Counted from the stretch's first letter, positions 39,514-51,322 are shown. The stretch: DNA of 64,000 bases from Pseudomonadota bacterium (GCA_026418415.1 JAOABK010000006.1:7688-71687); one strand, 5' to 3'. Translations and numbers: made by a program. The notes: generated from the letters alone by a model not told the origin.

Positions 39514-40635
39514 TCATGGATTAACAGTAGTAATGTATTTTGGGCCAGTTTTTTCGATCTTTATAATGACTGTTGATTTTACTGCATCTCCATTATTGTC
39601 AAAGCTAATTGTTCCTGTTGCTCCCTTGTGATTTTTTGTTTTTTCTATTTCTTTTAAAATTTCTTCGGGAGTAGGCTTTACAGCTCTATCAAGAGCATTT
39701 AATAAAATCCATGTTGCATCATAAGCAAGAGCTCCTAAAGCATCGGGAACGTTTCCGTGTTTTTGCTTATACTTTTGAATAAATGAATCAGCAATGGGAT
39801 CTTTTCTATCTGGAGAATAGTGGTTTGTGAAATAGCTACCTACTACTGCATCACCACCAATCTTTAAAAGTTCTGGAGAATCCCAGCCATCTCCACCAAG
39901 TAATGTAGATTTTAAACCTTTCTCTCTAATTTGTTTAGCTATCAAAGCAACCTTATTATAGTAATCGGGAATAAAGATTACATCAGGCTTTTTAATTGCA
40001 ATTTTTGTTATTAAAGCAGAAAAGTCTACATCATCTTTCTGATAGGATTCGAAAGCGACTATTGTTCCTTTATTTTTTTCGAAGGTGTTTTTGAAAAATT
40101 CAGCCAAACCTTTTGAATAGTCATTCCCCACATCATAAAGAACTGCTGCAGTTTTTGCCTTGAGATCTTTTAAAGCAAAATTGGCTGCAACTTGACCTTG
40201 AAAGGGATCTATAAAACATGCCCTAAATACATATTTTTTTCTTTTGCCATCACTGACAGTTACTTTTGGATTTGTAGCAGTTCCAGTTATCATTGGAATT
40301 TTATTTGTATTTACTAATTCACTTACTGGAATAGCTACCTTTGATGTTAGAGGACCGATAATTGCAACAACCTTATCTTGAGTTACAAGCTTTAATGCGG
40401 CATTTGTTCCTTCTGTAGGATCATTTTTGTCATCAGCTATTATAGGCTTAATTTCATATTTACCTTTTTTTGCATATTCTTCTAAAGCAATGAAAAATGA
40501 ATTTTTTGTAGATTCACCAAAAGTTTTAATGTCGCCGGTCAAAGGGGTTATTAGTCCAATTTTAACAACTTCCTTTGAAAATAATTGAGTTGAGTAAAGA
40601 AGTAGGAAACATAAAATCAAAGATATCTTTTTCAT
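39514..40635 (-). CDS. livK: branched-chain amino acid ABC substrate-binding protein (LivJ/K)
   Basis: Signal peptide, KIGLITPLTG, FRACFIDPFQG, GGDGWDS, YDA. Confidence 0.9.
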   Translation of the reverse strand: MKKISLILCFLLLYSTQLFSKEVVKIGLITPLTGDIKTFGESTKNSFFIALEEYAKKGKYEIKPIIADDKNDPTEGTNAALKLVTQDKVVAIIGPLTSKVAIPVSELVNTNKIPMITGTATNPKVTVSDGKRKKYVFRACFIDPFQGQVAANFALKDLKAKTAAVLYDVGNDYSKGLAEFFKNTFEKNKGTIVAFESYQKDDVDFSALITKIAIKKPDVIFIPDYYNKVALIAKQIREKGLKSTLLGGDGWDSPELLKIGGDAVVGSYFTNHYSPDRKDPIADSFIQKYKQKHGNVPDALGALAYDATWILLNALDRAVKPTPEEILKEIEKTKNHKGATGTISFDNNGDAVKSTVIIKIEKTGPKYITTVNP

Positions 40636-40649
40636 ATTTACCTCCTACT

Positions 40650-42392
40650 TTAAAATTTTTTATATATTTTATTAACTGCAGCCTTAAAAATAAAGAATAG
40701 AATTTTAAAAAATTTAAACTTATAAAAACTTACAGGCCAGTTCAGCTCTTCTTTATAACAAATAGTATGAATATTGATATCAGATATTTCAGGGGTTATT
40801 TTTTCTAATTCTTTTTTTCCTTCCTCACCTAACTTTAAAATCTCATCAATTTTTTCCATGTACTTAATTGCAGTTTTTGCTCTTTTTTCGACGAGTTTTG
40901 CAGTTTTTTCTGGTATTAAACCATATTTAAGCTTTAATTCATTAAGACGTATGCCAGCTTCATATGTACTCATAACTATTTCATGTCGGGACATCCAATT
41001 TGTTTCATAATCAAGAAAATATTTCCAACTTAAGGCATTTTCCATCATTTGTCGATGCTCTTCGAGGGTTCTTGCAAAAAGTTTATATCCATGTGCATCT
41101 GGATTTTCAAATACCTCACTGCCAGGATCAACGAAAGGTGCCAATGGAGATATAAATGGATATACAGTTTTATCTTTACCAAATTTTTTCAAGATATAAT
41201 CACAGTATTCTATTGTTTCCATAACCGATTTATATGTTTGCTTAGGAAGACCTGTCATAAAGAATAAATCTACTCTACGGCAGTTATTTTTTACACATGC
41301 ATCAATCGCTCTTTCTAACTGTTCATTGTCAAAGGGCCTTCCAAAGGCTCTTCTAACAACCTCGTCATGTGATTCAGGGGACATCTCAACATTATATTTA
41401 TTAAAAGAATTTTTTAACTTTTTTATAAAATCTTCACTTGGTGGAACAAAAAATTCAAAGGCTATATCATTTTTAAAATTAACTTTACTCATCTCATCAA
41501 CAACATGGTAAGCATATTCTTTTCCGTTTTGTAAAATATCACCTATTATGAATGCTGGACCATTTATATATTTATCAATATTCCTCAACTCTTCAGCCAC
41601 TTTTTGTGGAGACTTACAAGCTAATTTTTTTCTGTTAAAGGTATTTTCACATGTAAATTTCGAACCACCGCAGGTCCTACAGCTATGGATGCATCCTCTA
41701 TAAAGAAAAATTGCTGTTACAGGATACTTCATCCAGGTTTGAAAAGGTATATATCCATTCAAATCAAAATATTTTACAGTTTTCTTTATTGGTAATGTGT
41801 ATTCGGTCAAAACATGATCAGTAGTATCAGGAACATAGGTAATTGGGTTAACGTTAACCTTACCATTTTTATCTTTATAGGTCAAATTGGGAATATTGTC
41901 AAAATTACCATTTTCTTTTATAGCCTTTATTAACATTACCATTGGAAGTTCTGTGGAATCTCCCTTTAAAACAAAATCAACGAAAGGATAATTAATAAGC
42001 TCTTCGTGGAAATAGGTTGATGAATAACCACCAAAAATTACAGGTATATTAGGATGATGTTTTTTCACAATCTCAGCTATTTTAAGGCTACCTTGAACAT
42101 GTGGAAGCCAATGCAGATCAATTGCAAAAGCAAGGGGTTTAAGCCTTTTTATCTCTTCTTCGGGATTGTATGATAGCGAATTTAACATTTTATTTGCTAT
42201 GTTGATAATTCTTGTTGAAACCCCCGCTTTTTCTAAATGGCCCGATAAGCTAAGAAAACCAACTGGATACATTTCAAAAATCGGTCCAGAAGGGACAACA
42301 TCACTTATGGGCCCGTGGATAACAGGCTTCTTTCTGAAATCATAAATACTTGGGGCATGTAAAAAAATTACATCAGCATTTTTAATAAACAT
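40650..42392 (-). CDS. B12-binding-domain radical SAM protein (TIGR04190-like)
   Basis: FLHAPSIYDFR...FEMYPVG, IDLHWLPH, FGGYSST, RGCIHSCRTCGGS (CxxxCxxC); start moved to MFIKNAD to avoid overlapping lptC. Confidence 0.85.
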   Translation of the reverse strand: MFIKNADVIFLHAPSIYDFRKKPVIHGPISDVVPSGPIFEMYPVGFLSLSGHLEKAGVSTRIINIANKMLNSLSYNPEEEIKRLKPLAFAIDLHWLPHVQGSLKIAEIVKKHHPNIPVIFGGYSSTYFHEELINYPFVDFVLKGDSTELPMVMLIKAIKENGNFDNIPNLTYKDKNGKVNVNPITYVPDTTDHVLTEYTLPIKKTVKYFDLNGYIPFQTWMKYPVTAIFLYRGCIHSCRTCGGSKFTCENTFNRKKLACKSPQKVAEELRNIDKYINGPAFIIGDILQNGKEYAYHVVDEMSKVNFKNDIAFEFFVPPSEDFIKKLKNSFNKYNVEMSPESHDEVVRRAFGRPFDNEQLERAIDACVKNNCRRVDLFFMTGLPKQTYKSVMETIEYCDYILKKFGKDKTVYPFISPLAPFVDPGSEVFENPDAHGYKLFARTLEEHRQMMENALSWKYFLDYETNWMSRHEIVMSTYEAGIRLNELKLKYGLIPEKTAKLVEKRAKTAIKYMEKIDEILKLGEEGKKELEKITPEISDINIHTICYKEELNWPVSFYKFKFFKILFFIFKAAVNKIYKKF

Positions 42393-42439
42393 ATACAATT
42401 TGGATATATTATCATAAAGAAATAAAAACTCAAAGAAGA

Positions 42440-42468
42440 TTGTATTTTCAATAATTCTATGATATATT
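42440..42468 (+). promoter_or_regulatory. putative promoter of lptCAB-rpoN
   Basis: TTGTAT, 17 bp spacer, TGn-TATATT; 9 nt to ATG 42478. Confidence 0.4.
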
Positions 42469-42477
42469 TTTATTGGT

Positions 42478-43005
42478 ATGAAAAATGCTAATGTTTTTAT
42501 TGCTTTTATTCTCATAATTTTTTTGATATATCCAATATCGGTCTATTCTTATAACAAATCTAAACAGAATAACCTTGCGTATTTCCCGGTGATTATAAAT
42601 GGCTTTTCTTATAAAATCATTAGCGACAATGGAGATGAGATTTTTTTTGAGGGAGATAGCTTGATAAAGCAAATTGATAAAATAACTATTGAAAATCCTA
42701 AAGGTTATCATATTAATAAAGAAAACAGAAAGATATCTTTTATGGCTAATACAGCAATTAGTAGCTCAGCTGACGAATCAATTGAATTGACTGACAATAT
42801 TAAAATCTCTCAGAATAATACTTATATTGAAGCTAAAAGAATAATTTATAATAGAAAACAAAAGAAATTATTTTCTCCTGATAGAATCAGAATCAATTTT
42901 AATGACAGTTTAATTGAAGGAATAGATTTAGTTTATGATTTAGAAGAGAAAAGGGCAGTCTTAAAAAACATTAGAGGAAGATTATGGCTATCAAACATCT
43001 TTTAA
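42478..43005 (+). CDS. lptC: LPS export protein LptC
   Basis: N-terminal TM, beta-jellyroll-like sequence; precedes lptA-lptB. Confidence 0.75.
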   Translation: MKNANVFIAFILIIFLIYPISVYSYNKSKQNNLAYFPVIINGFSYKIISDNGDEIFFEGDSLIKQIDKITIENPKGYHINKENRKISFMANTAISSSADESIELTDNIKISQNNTYIEAKRIIYNRKQKKLFSPDRIRINFNDSLIEGIDLVYDLEEKRAVLKNIRGRLWLSNIF

Positions 43006-43454
43006 TTCTTATTTTTTGTTTATTATTAACAAATAATTCCTTCTCACAGGATAAAAACATTGTTGACATTAATGCAAATTTAATGGAGTTGATGGAAGAC
43101 AAAAAAATGATAATTTTCACTGGTGATGTTGTTGCAAAAAAAGCTGATATGACTTTATACTGCTCAAAGTTAGAAGTTTTTTATAAAGAGGATGAAAAGA
43201 CAAAGAAAAAAGACATTGATTATATGATTGCCAAAGGCGATGTAAAGGTTGTGCAAAAGGATAGAGTTGCTAAGGGAGACATAGGTAAATACTTGCATAG
43301 AGAAGATATAGTTATTTTGGAGGGTAATCCCGTAACTGTCACAGAAAGGGGAGAAAATCAAATTACAGCAAATAAAATAACCTTTTACATGAAAGAAAAT
43401 AAAAGTGTAGTTGAAGGTAATAGACCAAGAGTTATTTTTAAGTTGGGGGAGTAA
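42984..43454 (+). CDS. lptA: LPS transport periplasmic protein LptA
   Basis: Signal peptide, FTGDVVA, AKGDVKV, LEGNP, RPRVIF. Confidence 0.9.
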   Translation: MAIKHLLILIFCLLLTNNSFSQDKNIVDINANLMELMEDKKMIIFTGDVVAKKADMTLYCSKLEVFYKEDEKTKKKDIDYMIAKGDVKVVQKDRVAKGDIGKYLHREDIVILEGNPVTVTERGENQITANKITFYMKENKSVVEGNRPRVIFKLGE

Positions 43455-44171
43455 TTGTTAAAAATTGAGAATATCGAAAAAAATTATGGCAAAAAAAAAG
43501 CAGTTGATAACATAACTTTATATGTCAATTCAGGAGAAATAGTCGGATTATTAGGACCAAATGGCGCAGGGAAAACAACAACTTTTTATATAATCGCAGG
43601 AATTATAAATGCAGATAGCGGAAAGGTTTTATTAGATCAAGAAGAAATAACAAAATTTCCAATACATATGCGTGCAAAAAAAGGAATTGCCTATCTTTCA
43701 CAAGAACAATCAATCTTTAGACATCTTACGGTAGAGGATAATATTAAGCTGGTACTTGAAGAAAATAATTATTCGAGAGATGAGATTGAAACAATAACAA
43801 ACCAACTGCTTAAAGAATTTCAGATTGAAAATTTAAGAAATCAACGGGCATCTTTGTTATCTGGTGGTGAAAAAAGGAGGCTTGAAATAGCACGGACTCT
43901 CAGTTTATCTCCAAGGTTTATTTTATTAGATGAACCATTTGCAGGTGTTGATCCAATACTTGTTGCCGATATACAAAACATGATTATAAAGCTTAAAGAA
44001 AAGGGTATAGGTATTATAATTACAGACCATAATGTTCGAGAAGCATTAAGAATATGCGATAGAGCTTATGTAATAAGCAATGGTAAAATACTATCTCAAG
44101 GGACTCCAGATGAAATAGCTAAAGACGAATTAGTAATAAAATCATATCTTGGTGAGAGGTATGTTATATAA
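43455..44171 (+). CDS. lptB: LPS export ABC ATPase
   Basis: [44 protein letters not shown]. Confidence 0.97.
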   Translation: MLKIENIEKNYGKKKAVDNITLYVNSGEIVGLLGPNGAGKTTTFYIIAGIINADSGKVLLDQEEITKFPIHMRAKKGIAYLSQEQSIFRHLTVEDNIKLVLEENNYSRDEIETITNQLLKEFQIENLRNQRASLLSGGEKRRLEIARTLSLSPRFILLDEPFAGVDPILVADIQNMIIKLKEKGIGIIITDHNVREALRICDRAYVISNGKILSQGTPDEIAKDELVIKSYLGERYVI

Positions 44172-45577
44172 TGTCGATTAATCTGAAATTACAAACTAAA
44201 TTGACACAACAGCTTGTTTTAACACCACAACTACAGCTTTCTATAAAAGTACTTCAGTTAAATCACCTTGAACTCAAAGAATCAATAGAGCTTGAGGTTC
44301 AAGAAAATCCGGTTTTAGAAATTGATGAAAAAAATACTGAGAATGAATTGTTTGAAACATCAAATGATGTAGATGTAGAAAAAATATTAGAAAATTATTC
44401 AAAATTAAGAGAAGACTTTGAGTCTAAAAATAGAACTTACCAACAAAAAAAATATGATGAAGACGATGAGAATCTTTGGGAAAACTTTGCCACAAAAAAA
44501 CCAGGACTTTATGATCATCTTTTGTGGCAACTTAATCTGAGTCATCTATCACCAGAAGAGCTTAGAATTGGTGAAGAAATAATTGGAGATATAGATCCTG
44601 ACGGTTATTTAAGAGTAACTATTGAGGAAATTGCTCAAAAACTAAATGTTACAACAGATAAAGTAGAGAGTGTCTTGAAGCAAATTCAACAGTTTGATCC
44701 AATAGGTGTTGGTTCAAGAACTTTATCTGAATGTTTACTTGTTCAAGTAGAGGTTTTTGATGGAGAAAAAAAGGATTTACTAAGAAGCATTATAACAAAT
44801 CATTTAGAAGACCTATCTAAGAAAAATTTTAAAAAAATAGCTCAGTGTTTATCTGTATCAATTGAAGAAGTAGAATATGCATTTGAAATTATTAAAACTC
44901 TTAATCCTAAGCCTGGACAGGGATTTGGGTTTTCTGAATATGATAATCAGTACATAGAACCAGATGTATTTGTTTTCAAAGATGGAGATGAATATAAGGT
45001 AGTCTTAAATAGGGAAGGGATCCCTTCTTTAAAAATAAATAGGCAATATGAAATAATGCTAAAAAATAAACAATTAGATGAAAATACAAGGAATTTTCTC
45101 CAGGAAAAGATAAAAAACGCCCACTGGTTTGTAAAGAGTATTCACCAAAGGGGGAGCACGATTCTAAGGGTTGCTAAAGCCATAGTTGAATATCAAAGAG
45201 ATTTCTTTGATAAAGGTATAAACTATATGAAACCTCTTACTTTAAAAGATCTTTCATCAATGTTAGACCTGCATGAATCAACAATTAGTAGAGTAACAAG
45301 CAATAAATATATGTTAACACCTAATGGATTATTTGAGATGAAATACTTTTTTAGTACTGGTATTAGAAAAGTTGGCTCAGAAGATGTTGCATCAATAAGT
45401 GTAAAACAGATTATAAAAGAGCTTATTGACAATGAAGATCCAAAGTCACCATTAAGTGATCAGGAAATATCAGATATTCTAAAAGCAAAGGGATATAATA
45501 TTGCTCGAAGAACAGTAACAAAATACAGAGAAAGTCTGGGCATTCTCTCTTCAAGTATGAGAAAAACTCACAAATAA
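44171..45577 (+). CDS. rpoN: RNA polymerase sigma-54 factor
   Basis: TPQLQLSIKVLQL, LHESTISR, RpoN box ARRTVTKYRE. Confidence 0.98.
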   Translation: MSINLKLQTKLTQQLVLTPQLQLSIKVLQLNHLELKESIELEVQENPVLEIDEKNTENELFETSNDVDVEKILENYSKLREDFESKNRTYQQKKYDEDDENLWENFATKKPGLYDHLLWQLNLSHLSPEELRIGEEIIGDIDPDGYLRVTIEEIAQKLNVTTDKVESVLKQIQQFDPIGVGSRTLSECLLVQVEVFDGEKKDLLRSIITNHLEDLSKKNFKKIAQCLSVSIEEVEYAFEIIKTLNPKPGQGFGFSEYDNQYIEPDVFVFKDGDEYKVVLNREGIPSLKINRQYEIMLKNKQLDENTRNFLQEKIKNAHWFVKSIHQRGSTILRVAKAIVEYQRDFFDKGINYMKPLTLKDLSSMLDLHESTISRVTSNKYMLTPNGLFEMKYFFSTGIRKVGSEDVASISVKQIIKELIDNEDPKSPLSDQEISDILKAKGYNIARRTVTKYRESLGILSSSMRKTHK

Positions 45578-45587
45578 AAAAATTTTT

Positions 45588-45629
45588 ATAGGGGCAAGAG
45601 TTAAGATTAACTTAATCTCTTACCCCTAT
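45588..45629. terminator. long hairpin between convergent rpoN and ppdK
   Basis: ATAGGGGCAAGAGTTAAG-attaa-CTTAA(t)CTCTTACCCCTAT; ~18-bp stem with one bulge and one mismatch. Confidence 0.8.
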
Positions 45630-45639
45630 TACATTATCT

Positions 45640-48363
45640 CTATTTTTTTCTTGGGAATTTTATTGCAGCCTGTGCTGCAGCAAGTCTTGCAACTGGAACT
45701 CTATAGGGTGAGCAACTTACATAATCCATACCTGCCTTATGGCAGAATTCTATAGATTTTGGCTCTCCGCCATGTTCACCGCAAATGCCAACTTTAAGAT
45801 TTGGCCTTGTTTTTCTACCCCTTTCTATACCTATTGTTATCAATTCACCAATACCTTCTTGATCCAAGGTCTGAAAAGGGTCAGCTGGTAGTATCTTATT
45901 ATCAAGATAATCTGCTAAGAAAGAACCTATATCATCTCTTGAGAAGCCAAATCCCATCTGAGTTAGGTCATTAGTACCAAAGGAGAAAAATTCAGCGGTC
46001 TCAGCCAACTTATTAGCTGTCAATGCTGCTCTTGGTATTTCAATCATAGTGCCAAACAGATAATCGATCTTTTTAATCTTATACTTTTTGCAAACCTCAT
46101 TATAAACCCTATCAACAATGGTCTTTTGTTGATCTAATTCATTTTTTGTAACTACTACGGGAATCATAATTTCAGGGATAACATTTTTACCTACTTTATT
46201 AAGCTCAGCTGTTGCTTCAAGAATTGCTCTAACCTGCATTTCTGTTATTTCAGGATAGGTAATTCCTAAGCGTACACCTCTATGACCCATCATGGGATTA
46301 GTTTCATGTAGTTCATCTGCTCTTTTATTAAATTCTTCCAAAGAGATATTTAAGCTTTTTGCTAATTTTTTTCTTTCTTCAGGATTATTTGGAACAAACT
46401 CATGCAAGGGTGGATCAAGAAGCCTTATCGTAACTGGTAATCCCTTCATTACTGATAGAGTATCTTTTATATCTTTTTTAACATAGGGGAATAACTCATT
46501 TAGTGCTTTTCTTCTCTCAGTTTCATTAGTAGCAACAATCATTTTTCTTAAATAAAATAGGGGTTTTTCTGAGTTTTTACCATAAAACATATGTTCTGTT
46601 CTAAAAAGTCCAATTCCTTCCGCTCCAAACTCAAGAGCTGTTTTAGCATCTTCTGGAGTATCAGCATTTGTCCTGACTTTTAGAGTCCTATATTTATCAA
46701 CAAGCTTCATGAAGGATTTGAATCTTGGGTTTTCAGTAGAATCTACCATTTTTACCTTACCTTCATAAACGTAACCTTTGGTTCCATTTAGCGTTAAATA
46801 ATCACCTTCTTTAAATATTTTATCGCCTACTTTAAGCTGTTTTTTTGCTACATCAATCTTAAGTGCGCTACAACCTACTATACAGCATTTTCCCCAGCCC
46901 CTTGCTACCAGCGCTGCATGGCTTGTCATACCACCACGAGCAGTCAGTATTCCAACTGCTGCTCTCATACCCTCAACATCTTCAGGATTTGTCTCTTCCC
47001 TTACAAGAATTACATGTTTACCCTTCTTGGTTTCTTCAACCGCATCTTTAGCAGTAAATACGATAGAGCCACATGCTCCACCAGGTCCAGCAGGAAGTCC
47101 TTTAGCTAAGGGAGTCAAATTTTTCTCAGCATCTGGATCAACTATAGGATGGAGGAGTTCATCTAACTGGGTTGGAGAAACTCTTAAAATTGCCTCTTTT
47201 TCTGTAATAAGTTTCTCTTTGAGCATGTCCATTGCCATATTTAGTGCAGCTGTACCTGTTCTTTTTCCTACTCGACATTGAAGCATCCATAACCTACCTT
47301 CTTGAATCGTAAATTCAATGTCCTGCATATCTCTATAGTGTTTTTCTAAAGTTTCTCTTATTTTTAATAGTTCTTTATAAACCTTAGGCATTGCCTTTTC
47401 TAAAGAGGGTAGGTGTTTATTATGTTCATTTTTTGTGGCTTCATTAAGGGGATTGGGTGTACGAATTCCAGCAACAACATCTTCACCCTGTGCATTGGGT
47501 AGCCACTCACCATAAAATACATTTTCTCCAGTAGCTGGATTTCTTGTAAATGCTACACCAGTGGCAGAAGTATCTCCCATATTCCCAAATACCATTGCTT
47601 GAACATTAACTGCCGTTCCCCAGTCATCGGGAATTCCCTCTATTCTTCTATAAGATACCGCTCTTTTTCCATTCCAAGATGCAAAAACTGCACCTATACC
47701 ACCCCATAATTGTTCATAGGCATCGTCTGGAAATGGCTTCTTTAATACATCTTTTACTTTTTTCTTAAACTTTTCACAAAGTTCCTTCAATTCTTCTGCA
47801 GTGAGATCAGCATCGCTTTTGTAATTTTTTTTATGTTTCAACTCTTCAAGCATTCTATCAAGTTGCATTCTTATCCCATGGCCATCTTTTGGTTCTATAC
47901 CAGCAGCCTTCTCCATTACCACATCTGAATACATCATTATTAATCTTCTGTATGCATCATAAACAAAGCGGGGATTGTTAGTTTTCTTTATTAAACCAGG
48001 AATGGTTTTAGAACATAGACCTATGTTTAAAACTGTCTCCATCATACCTGGCATGGAGCTTCTTGCACCTGAACGAACTGATACAAGTAGTGGATTTTCT
48101 GGATCACCAAATTTCATCTTCATGATCTTTTCAACCTTTGATAAAGCCTCTTTAACTTGCTTCTCCAATTCTTTAGGATAGGTACGTCCATGTTTGTAAT
48201 AGTATGTACATACCTCTGTAGTAATTGTAAATCCAGGTGGAACAGGAATCTTTAAGTGGCACATCTCTGCTAAGTTGGCTCCTTTACCTCCCAAAAGCTC
48301 TTTCATGTCAGCTTTTCCATCTGCTTTGCCTTCACCAAAAAAATAAACATATTTCTTGCTCAT
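45640..48363 (-). CDS. ppdK: pyruvate, phosphate dikinase
   Basis: LGGKGANLAEM, SVRSGA..SMPGMM, GGMTSHAA, GIGLFRTEHMF, GICGEHGG. Confidence 0.99.
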   Translation of the reverse strand: MSKKYVYFFGEGKADGKADMKELLGGKGANLAEMCHLKIPVPPGFTITTEVCTYYYKHGRTYPKELEKQVKEALSKVEKIMKMKFGDPENPLLVSVRSGARSSMPGMMETVLNIGLCSKTIPGLIKKTNNPRFVYDAYRRLIMMYSDVVMEKAAGIEPKDGHGIRMQLDRMLEELKHKKNYKSDADLTAEELKELCEKFKKKVKDVLKKPFPDDAYEQLWGGIGAVFASWNGKRAVSYRRIEGIPDDWGTAVNVQAMVFGNMGDTSATGVAFTRNPATGENVFYGEWLPNAQGEDVVAGIRTPNPLNEATKNEHNKHLPSLEKAMPKVYKELLKIRETLEKHYRDMQDIEFTIQEGRLWMLQCRVGKRTGTAALNMAMDMLKEKLITEKEAILRVSPTQLDELLHPIVDPDAEKNLTPLAKGLPAGPGGACGSIVFTAKDAVEETKKGKHVILVREETNPEDVEGMRAAVGILTARGGMTSHAALVARGWGKCCIVGCSALKIDVAKKQLKVGDKIFKEGDYLTLNGTKGYVYEGKVKMVDSTENPRFKSFMKLVDKYRTLKVRTNADTPEDAKTALEFGAEGIGLFRTEHMFYGKNSEKPLFYLRKMIVATNETERRKALNELFPYVKKDIKDTLSVMKGLPVTIRLLDPPLHEFVPNNPEERKKLAKSLNISLEEFNKRADELHETNPMMGHRGVRLGITYPEITEMQVRAILEATAELNKVGKNVIPEIMIPVVVTKNELDQQKTIVDRVYNEVCKKYKIKKIDYLFGTMIEIPRAALTANKLAETAEFFSFGTNDLTQMGFGFSRDDIGSFLADYLDNKILPADPFQTLDQEGIGELITIGIERGRKTRPNLKVGICGEHGGEPKSIEFCHKAGMDYVSCSPYRVPVARLAAAQAAIKFPRKK

Positions 48364-48377
48364 TTTACCTCCATCTA

Positions 48378-50447
48378 TTATTGCTGAATTTTAGTAAAAT
48401 CCATAAGTTCACTAAAAACTTTTCTTAATGCCACTAAGAATGCAAGCCTATTGTTTTTAACAATCTCGTCTTTATCCATTACAAGAACACTTTCAAAATA
48501 CTCATCAATGACTGGTTTTAAATTAGCTAAGACAACTGGAATTTCGTCAAATAATTTCTTTTCTATAATTTTATTTATTGATTCCTTAGCCTTTAAGTAA
48601 CTGTTATATAATTTGTTTTCTACCTCTTCTTTGAATAAAGAAACATCAAATTTTTCGTTTTCCATACCCCTTGTAATGTTTGCGACTCTTTTAAAACCTA
48701 AAATTAGGTCATTAAAAAGCTCGGAGCGGGATTCTTTATCCATTACTTCAATAATTTTCTTTGCATTACAAAGATCTACAGGATGTGTAGAAATTACACT
48801 CTCTACGATATCAACTCTATAACCAGAAAGTTGCATTTGGTAATAAAATCTATTTTCGATAAACTCAATGAGATTTTTTATTATTTCATCATAACCCTTT
48901 GTTAACTTACTTTTTAGATTTTCATATGCGAACCTGATTATTTGTGTGTAGTCAATATTGACATCCATTTCTGTGATTAATCTGATTATTCCAATAGCCA
49001 TTCTTCTTAACCCATAGGGATCTGATGCTCCTTTGGGCATTATTCCCAAACCAAAAAAACCTGTTAGACTATCGACTTTATCTGCTAAACTTAAAATTCT
49101 GCCTACTGGGTTTAAAGGTATTGGATCATCTGGTGACTGTGGTAGATAATGCTCATATATTGCTACTGCCACATCGGGATCTTCATTTTGAAGTCTTGCA
49201 AGCTCACCTCCAATTATGCCTTGTAACGCAGGGAACTCATAAACCATACCGGTTACTAAATCAGCTTTGCTTAATAATGCTGATCTTTTTGCTTTATCTT
49301 TTAAACTTGGATCTATCATTGATGTAAGAAAATCACATAACTCTATCAGTCTTTGTGTTTTCTCAAAATAGGTGCCTAATTTTTCTTGGAACATAACATT
49401 TTTTAAACTTTCTACTCTTGAAACTAATGGGATTTTTTTATCCTTTTCAAAGTAATACTCAGCATCTGAAAATCTTGCTTTTATAACTTTACTATTACCA
49501 TCTATAATTGTTTTTGGATTATTCACCATTGTATTAGATACTATAATAAAATGAGGTAAAAGCTCCCCTTTATTATTAAAAATAGGAATATATTTTTGAT
49601 GTTTTTTCATTGTTGTTATAAGGATTTCTTTTGGAAGTGATAGAAATTTACTGTCAAAAGAACCAAGCATTGGGAATGGATATTCACATAGATTTGCTAC
49701 TGTTTCTATAAGTTCCATATCTTCATCAATAATTCCATTCACTTCATCGGCAATTTTTTTTGCTTCTCTTAAAATTAGCTCAATCCTTTGATCAATATCG
49801 ATCATTACAAAGCTATCTGTTAGTTTCTTTTTATATTCATCAAACGAATTAACAATTATTTTATTATAAGCCATGAAGCGGTGCCCAACAGTATAATTAG
49901 AAGAATTAATACCTGTAATACTAAAAGGAATTACCTCACTTCCAAACAATGCTAATATCCAATGAATAGGTCTAACAAATTTAATTTCACCAGATGCCCA
50001 TCTCATGCTCTTCGGGAAGGGAAGTGAAAGAATTAGATCTGGCAAATAGTTACTTAATAGAGTCGCTGTTTTTTCACCATCCTTTTTTCTGTTAAAACCA
50101 ATATATTCTTTTTTATCTTTCGTTATAATCTTTAATTCATCAATTGAAACATTTTGTGAAGTTGCAAACCCTATAGCAGACTTCGTATAGTTTCCATTTT
50201 CATCAATAGCAACCTTTTTTGGAGGACCTAATACTTCTTCATCAATATCAGGTTGCTTGACATCGACTGCTTCTATATATATTGTCATTCTTCGTGGGGT
50301 TCCAAAAACTTTCACTTCCGAATGTTCTATCTTTAATTCTCCAAAAAGTGTTACAAGCCTATCTTTTAAGGCTTCTAAAGCAGGTCTTAAGAATCCAGCA
50401 GGAATCTCTTCTGTACCTATTTCAATTAAAAGCTCTTTTTTCATCAT
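48378..50447 (-). CDS. glyS: glycine--tRNA ligase beta subunit
   Basis: [37 protein letters not shown]. Confidence 0.98.
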   Translation of the reverse strand: MMKKELLIEIGTEEIPAGFLRPALEALKDRLVTLFGELKIEHSEVKVFGTPRRMTIYIEAVDVKQPDIDEEVLGPPKKVAIDENGNYTKSAIGFATSQNVSIDELKIITKDKKEYIGFNRKKDGEKTATLLSNYLPDLILSLPFPKSMRWASGEIKFVRPIHWILALFGSEVIPFSITGINSSNYTVGHRFMAYNKIIVNSFDEYKKKLTDSFVMIDIDQRIELILREAKKIADEVNGIIDEDMELIETVANLCEYPFPMLGSFDSKFLSLPKEILITTMKKHQKYIPIFNNKGELLPHFIIVSNTMVNNPKTIIDGNSKVIKARFSDAEYYFEKDKKIPLVSRVESLKNVMFQEKLGTYFEKTQRLIELCDFLTSMIDPSLKDKAKRSALLSKADLVTGMVYEFPALQGIIGGELARLQNEDPDVAVAIYEHYLPQSPDDPIPLNPVGRILSLADKVDSLTGFFGLGIMPKGASDPYGLRRMAIGIIRLITEMDVNIDYTQIIRFAYENLKSKLTKGYDEIIKNLIEFIENRFYYQMQLSGYRVDIVESVISTHPVDLCNAKKIIEVMDKESRSELFNDLILGFKRVANITRGMENEKFDVSLFKEEVENKLYNSYLKAKESINKIIEKKLFDEIPVVLANLKPVIDEYFESVLVMDKDEIVKNNRLAFLVALRKVFSELMDFTKIQQ

Positions 50448-51322
50448 ATTTTTTCCTTTTTAAGTAGTGGATACCCTAACTCTTCGCGTTGTTTAAGGTA
50501 AATTTCTGCACACCCCTTTGCTAAAACTCTTATTCTTGATATTAATCCTGCTCTTTCTGCAACTGAGATAGCATTTCTTGCGTCAAGTAGATTAAAAGTA
50601 TGAGAGCATTTTAGACAATAATCATAAGCAGGCAAAACCAAACCTTTTTCTATTAGTCTTAATGATTCTTTTTCATAAAGGTCAAACATTTTATATAAAG
50701 AATCGATATCTGCAATTTCAAAATTGTAGTGTGACCATTCGACTTCTCCTTTGTAATGAACATCACCATATGTGACTGTCTCGTTCCATTTTAAATCATA
50801 GACACTTTCTACACCTTGAAGATACATTGCTATTCTTTCCAATCCATAAGTGATTTCACCGGAGATAGGCTTTAAATCTATTCCACCAGCTTGCTGGAAG
50901 TATGTAAATTGTGTTATCTCCATCCCATCAAGCCAAACCTCCCACCCAAGTCCCCAGGCACCTAAAGTAGGCGATTCCCAATCATCTTCAACAAACCTTA
51001 TATCATGTTCTAAGGGATTAATACCAATGTATCTTAAACTATCCAAATAAATATCCTGAATATCAATTGGAGATGGTTTAAGAATTACTTGAAATTGATA
51101 ATAATGTTGTAAACGATTAGGATTTTCACCATATCTGCCATCAGTTGGCCTCCTCGATGGTTCAACATAAGCAACATTCCATGGTTCAGGCCCTAAAACT
51201 CTAAGAAAAGTATGAGGATTTGAAGTTCCCGCACCCACTTCAATGTCATAGGGTTGACCAATCACACAACCCCTTTCTGCCCAGAAATTTTGTAGTTTTA
51301 AAATTAAATCCTGAAATGTCAT
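50444..51322 (-). CDS. glyQ: glycine--tRNA ligase alpha subunit
   Basis: [33 protein letters not shown]; start at 51322 after a GGGGG RBS. Confidence 0.99.
   Translation of the reverse strand: MTFQDLILKLQNFWAERGCVIGQPYDIEVGAGTSNPHTFLRVLGPEPWNVAYVEPSRRPTDGRYGENPNRLQHYYQFQVILKPSPIDIQDIYLDSLRYIGINPLEHDIRFVEDDWESPTLGAWGLGWEVWLDGMEITQFTYFQQAGGIDLKPISGEITYGLERIAMYLQGVESVYDLKWNETVTYGDVHYKGEVEWSHYNFEIADIDSLYKMFDLYEKESLRLIEKGLVLPAYDYCLKCSHTFNLLDARNAISVAERAGLISRIRVLAKGCAEIYLKQREELGYPLLKKEKI

Noticed and set aside
42393-42515. 41-aa N-terminal extension of the B12 radical SAM protein
   Set aside because: It overlaps lptC and the divergent promoter region; family-like sequence begins at MFIKNAD.
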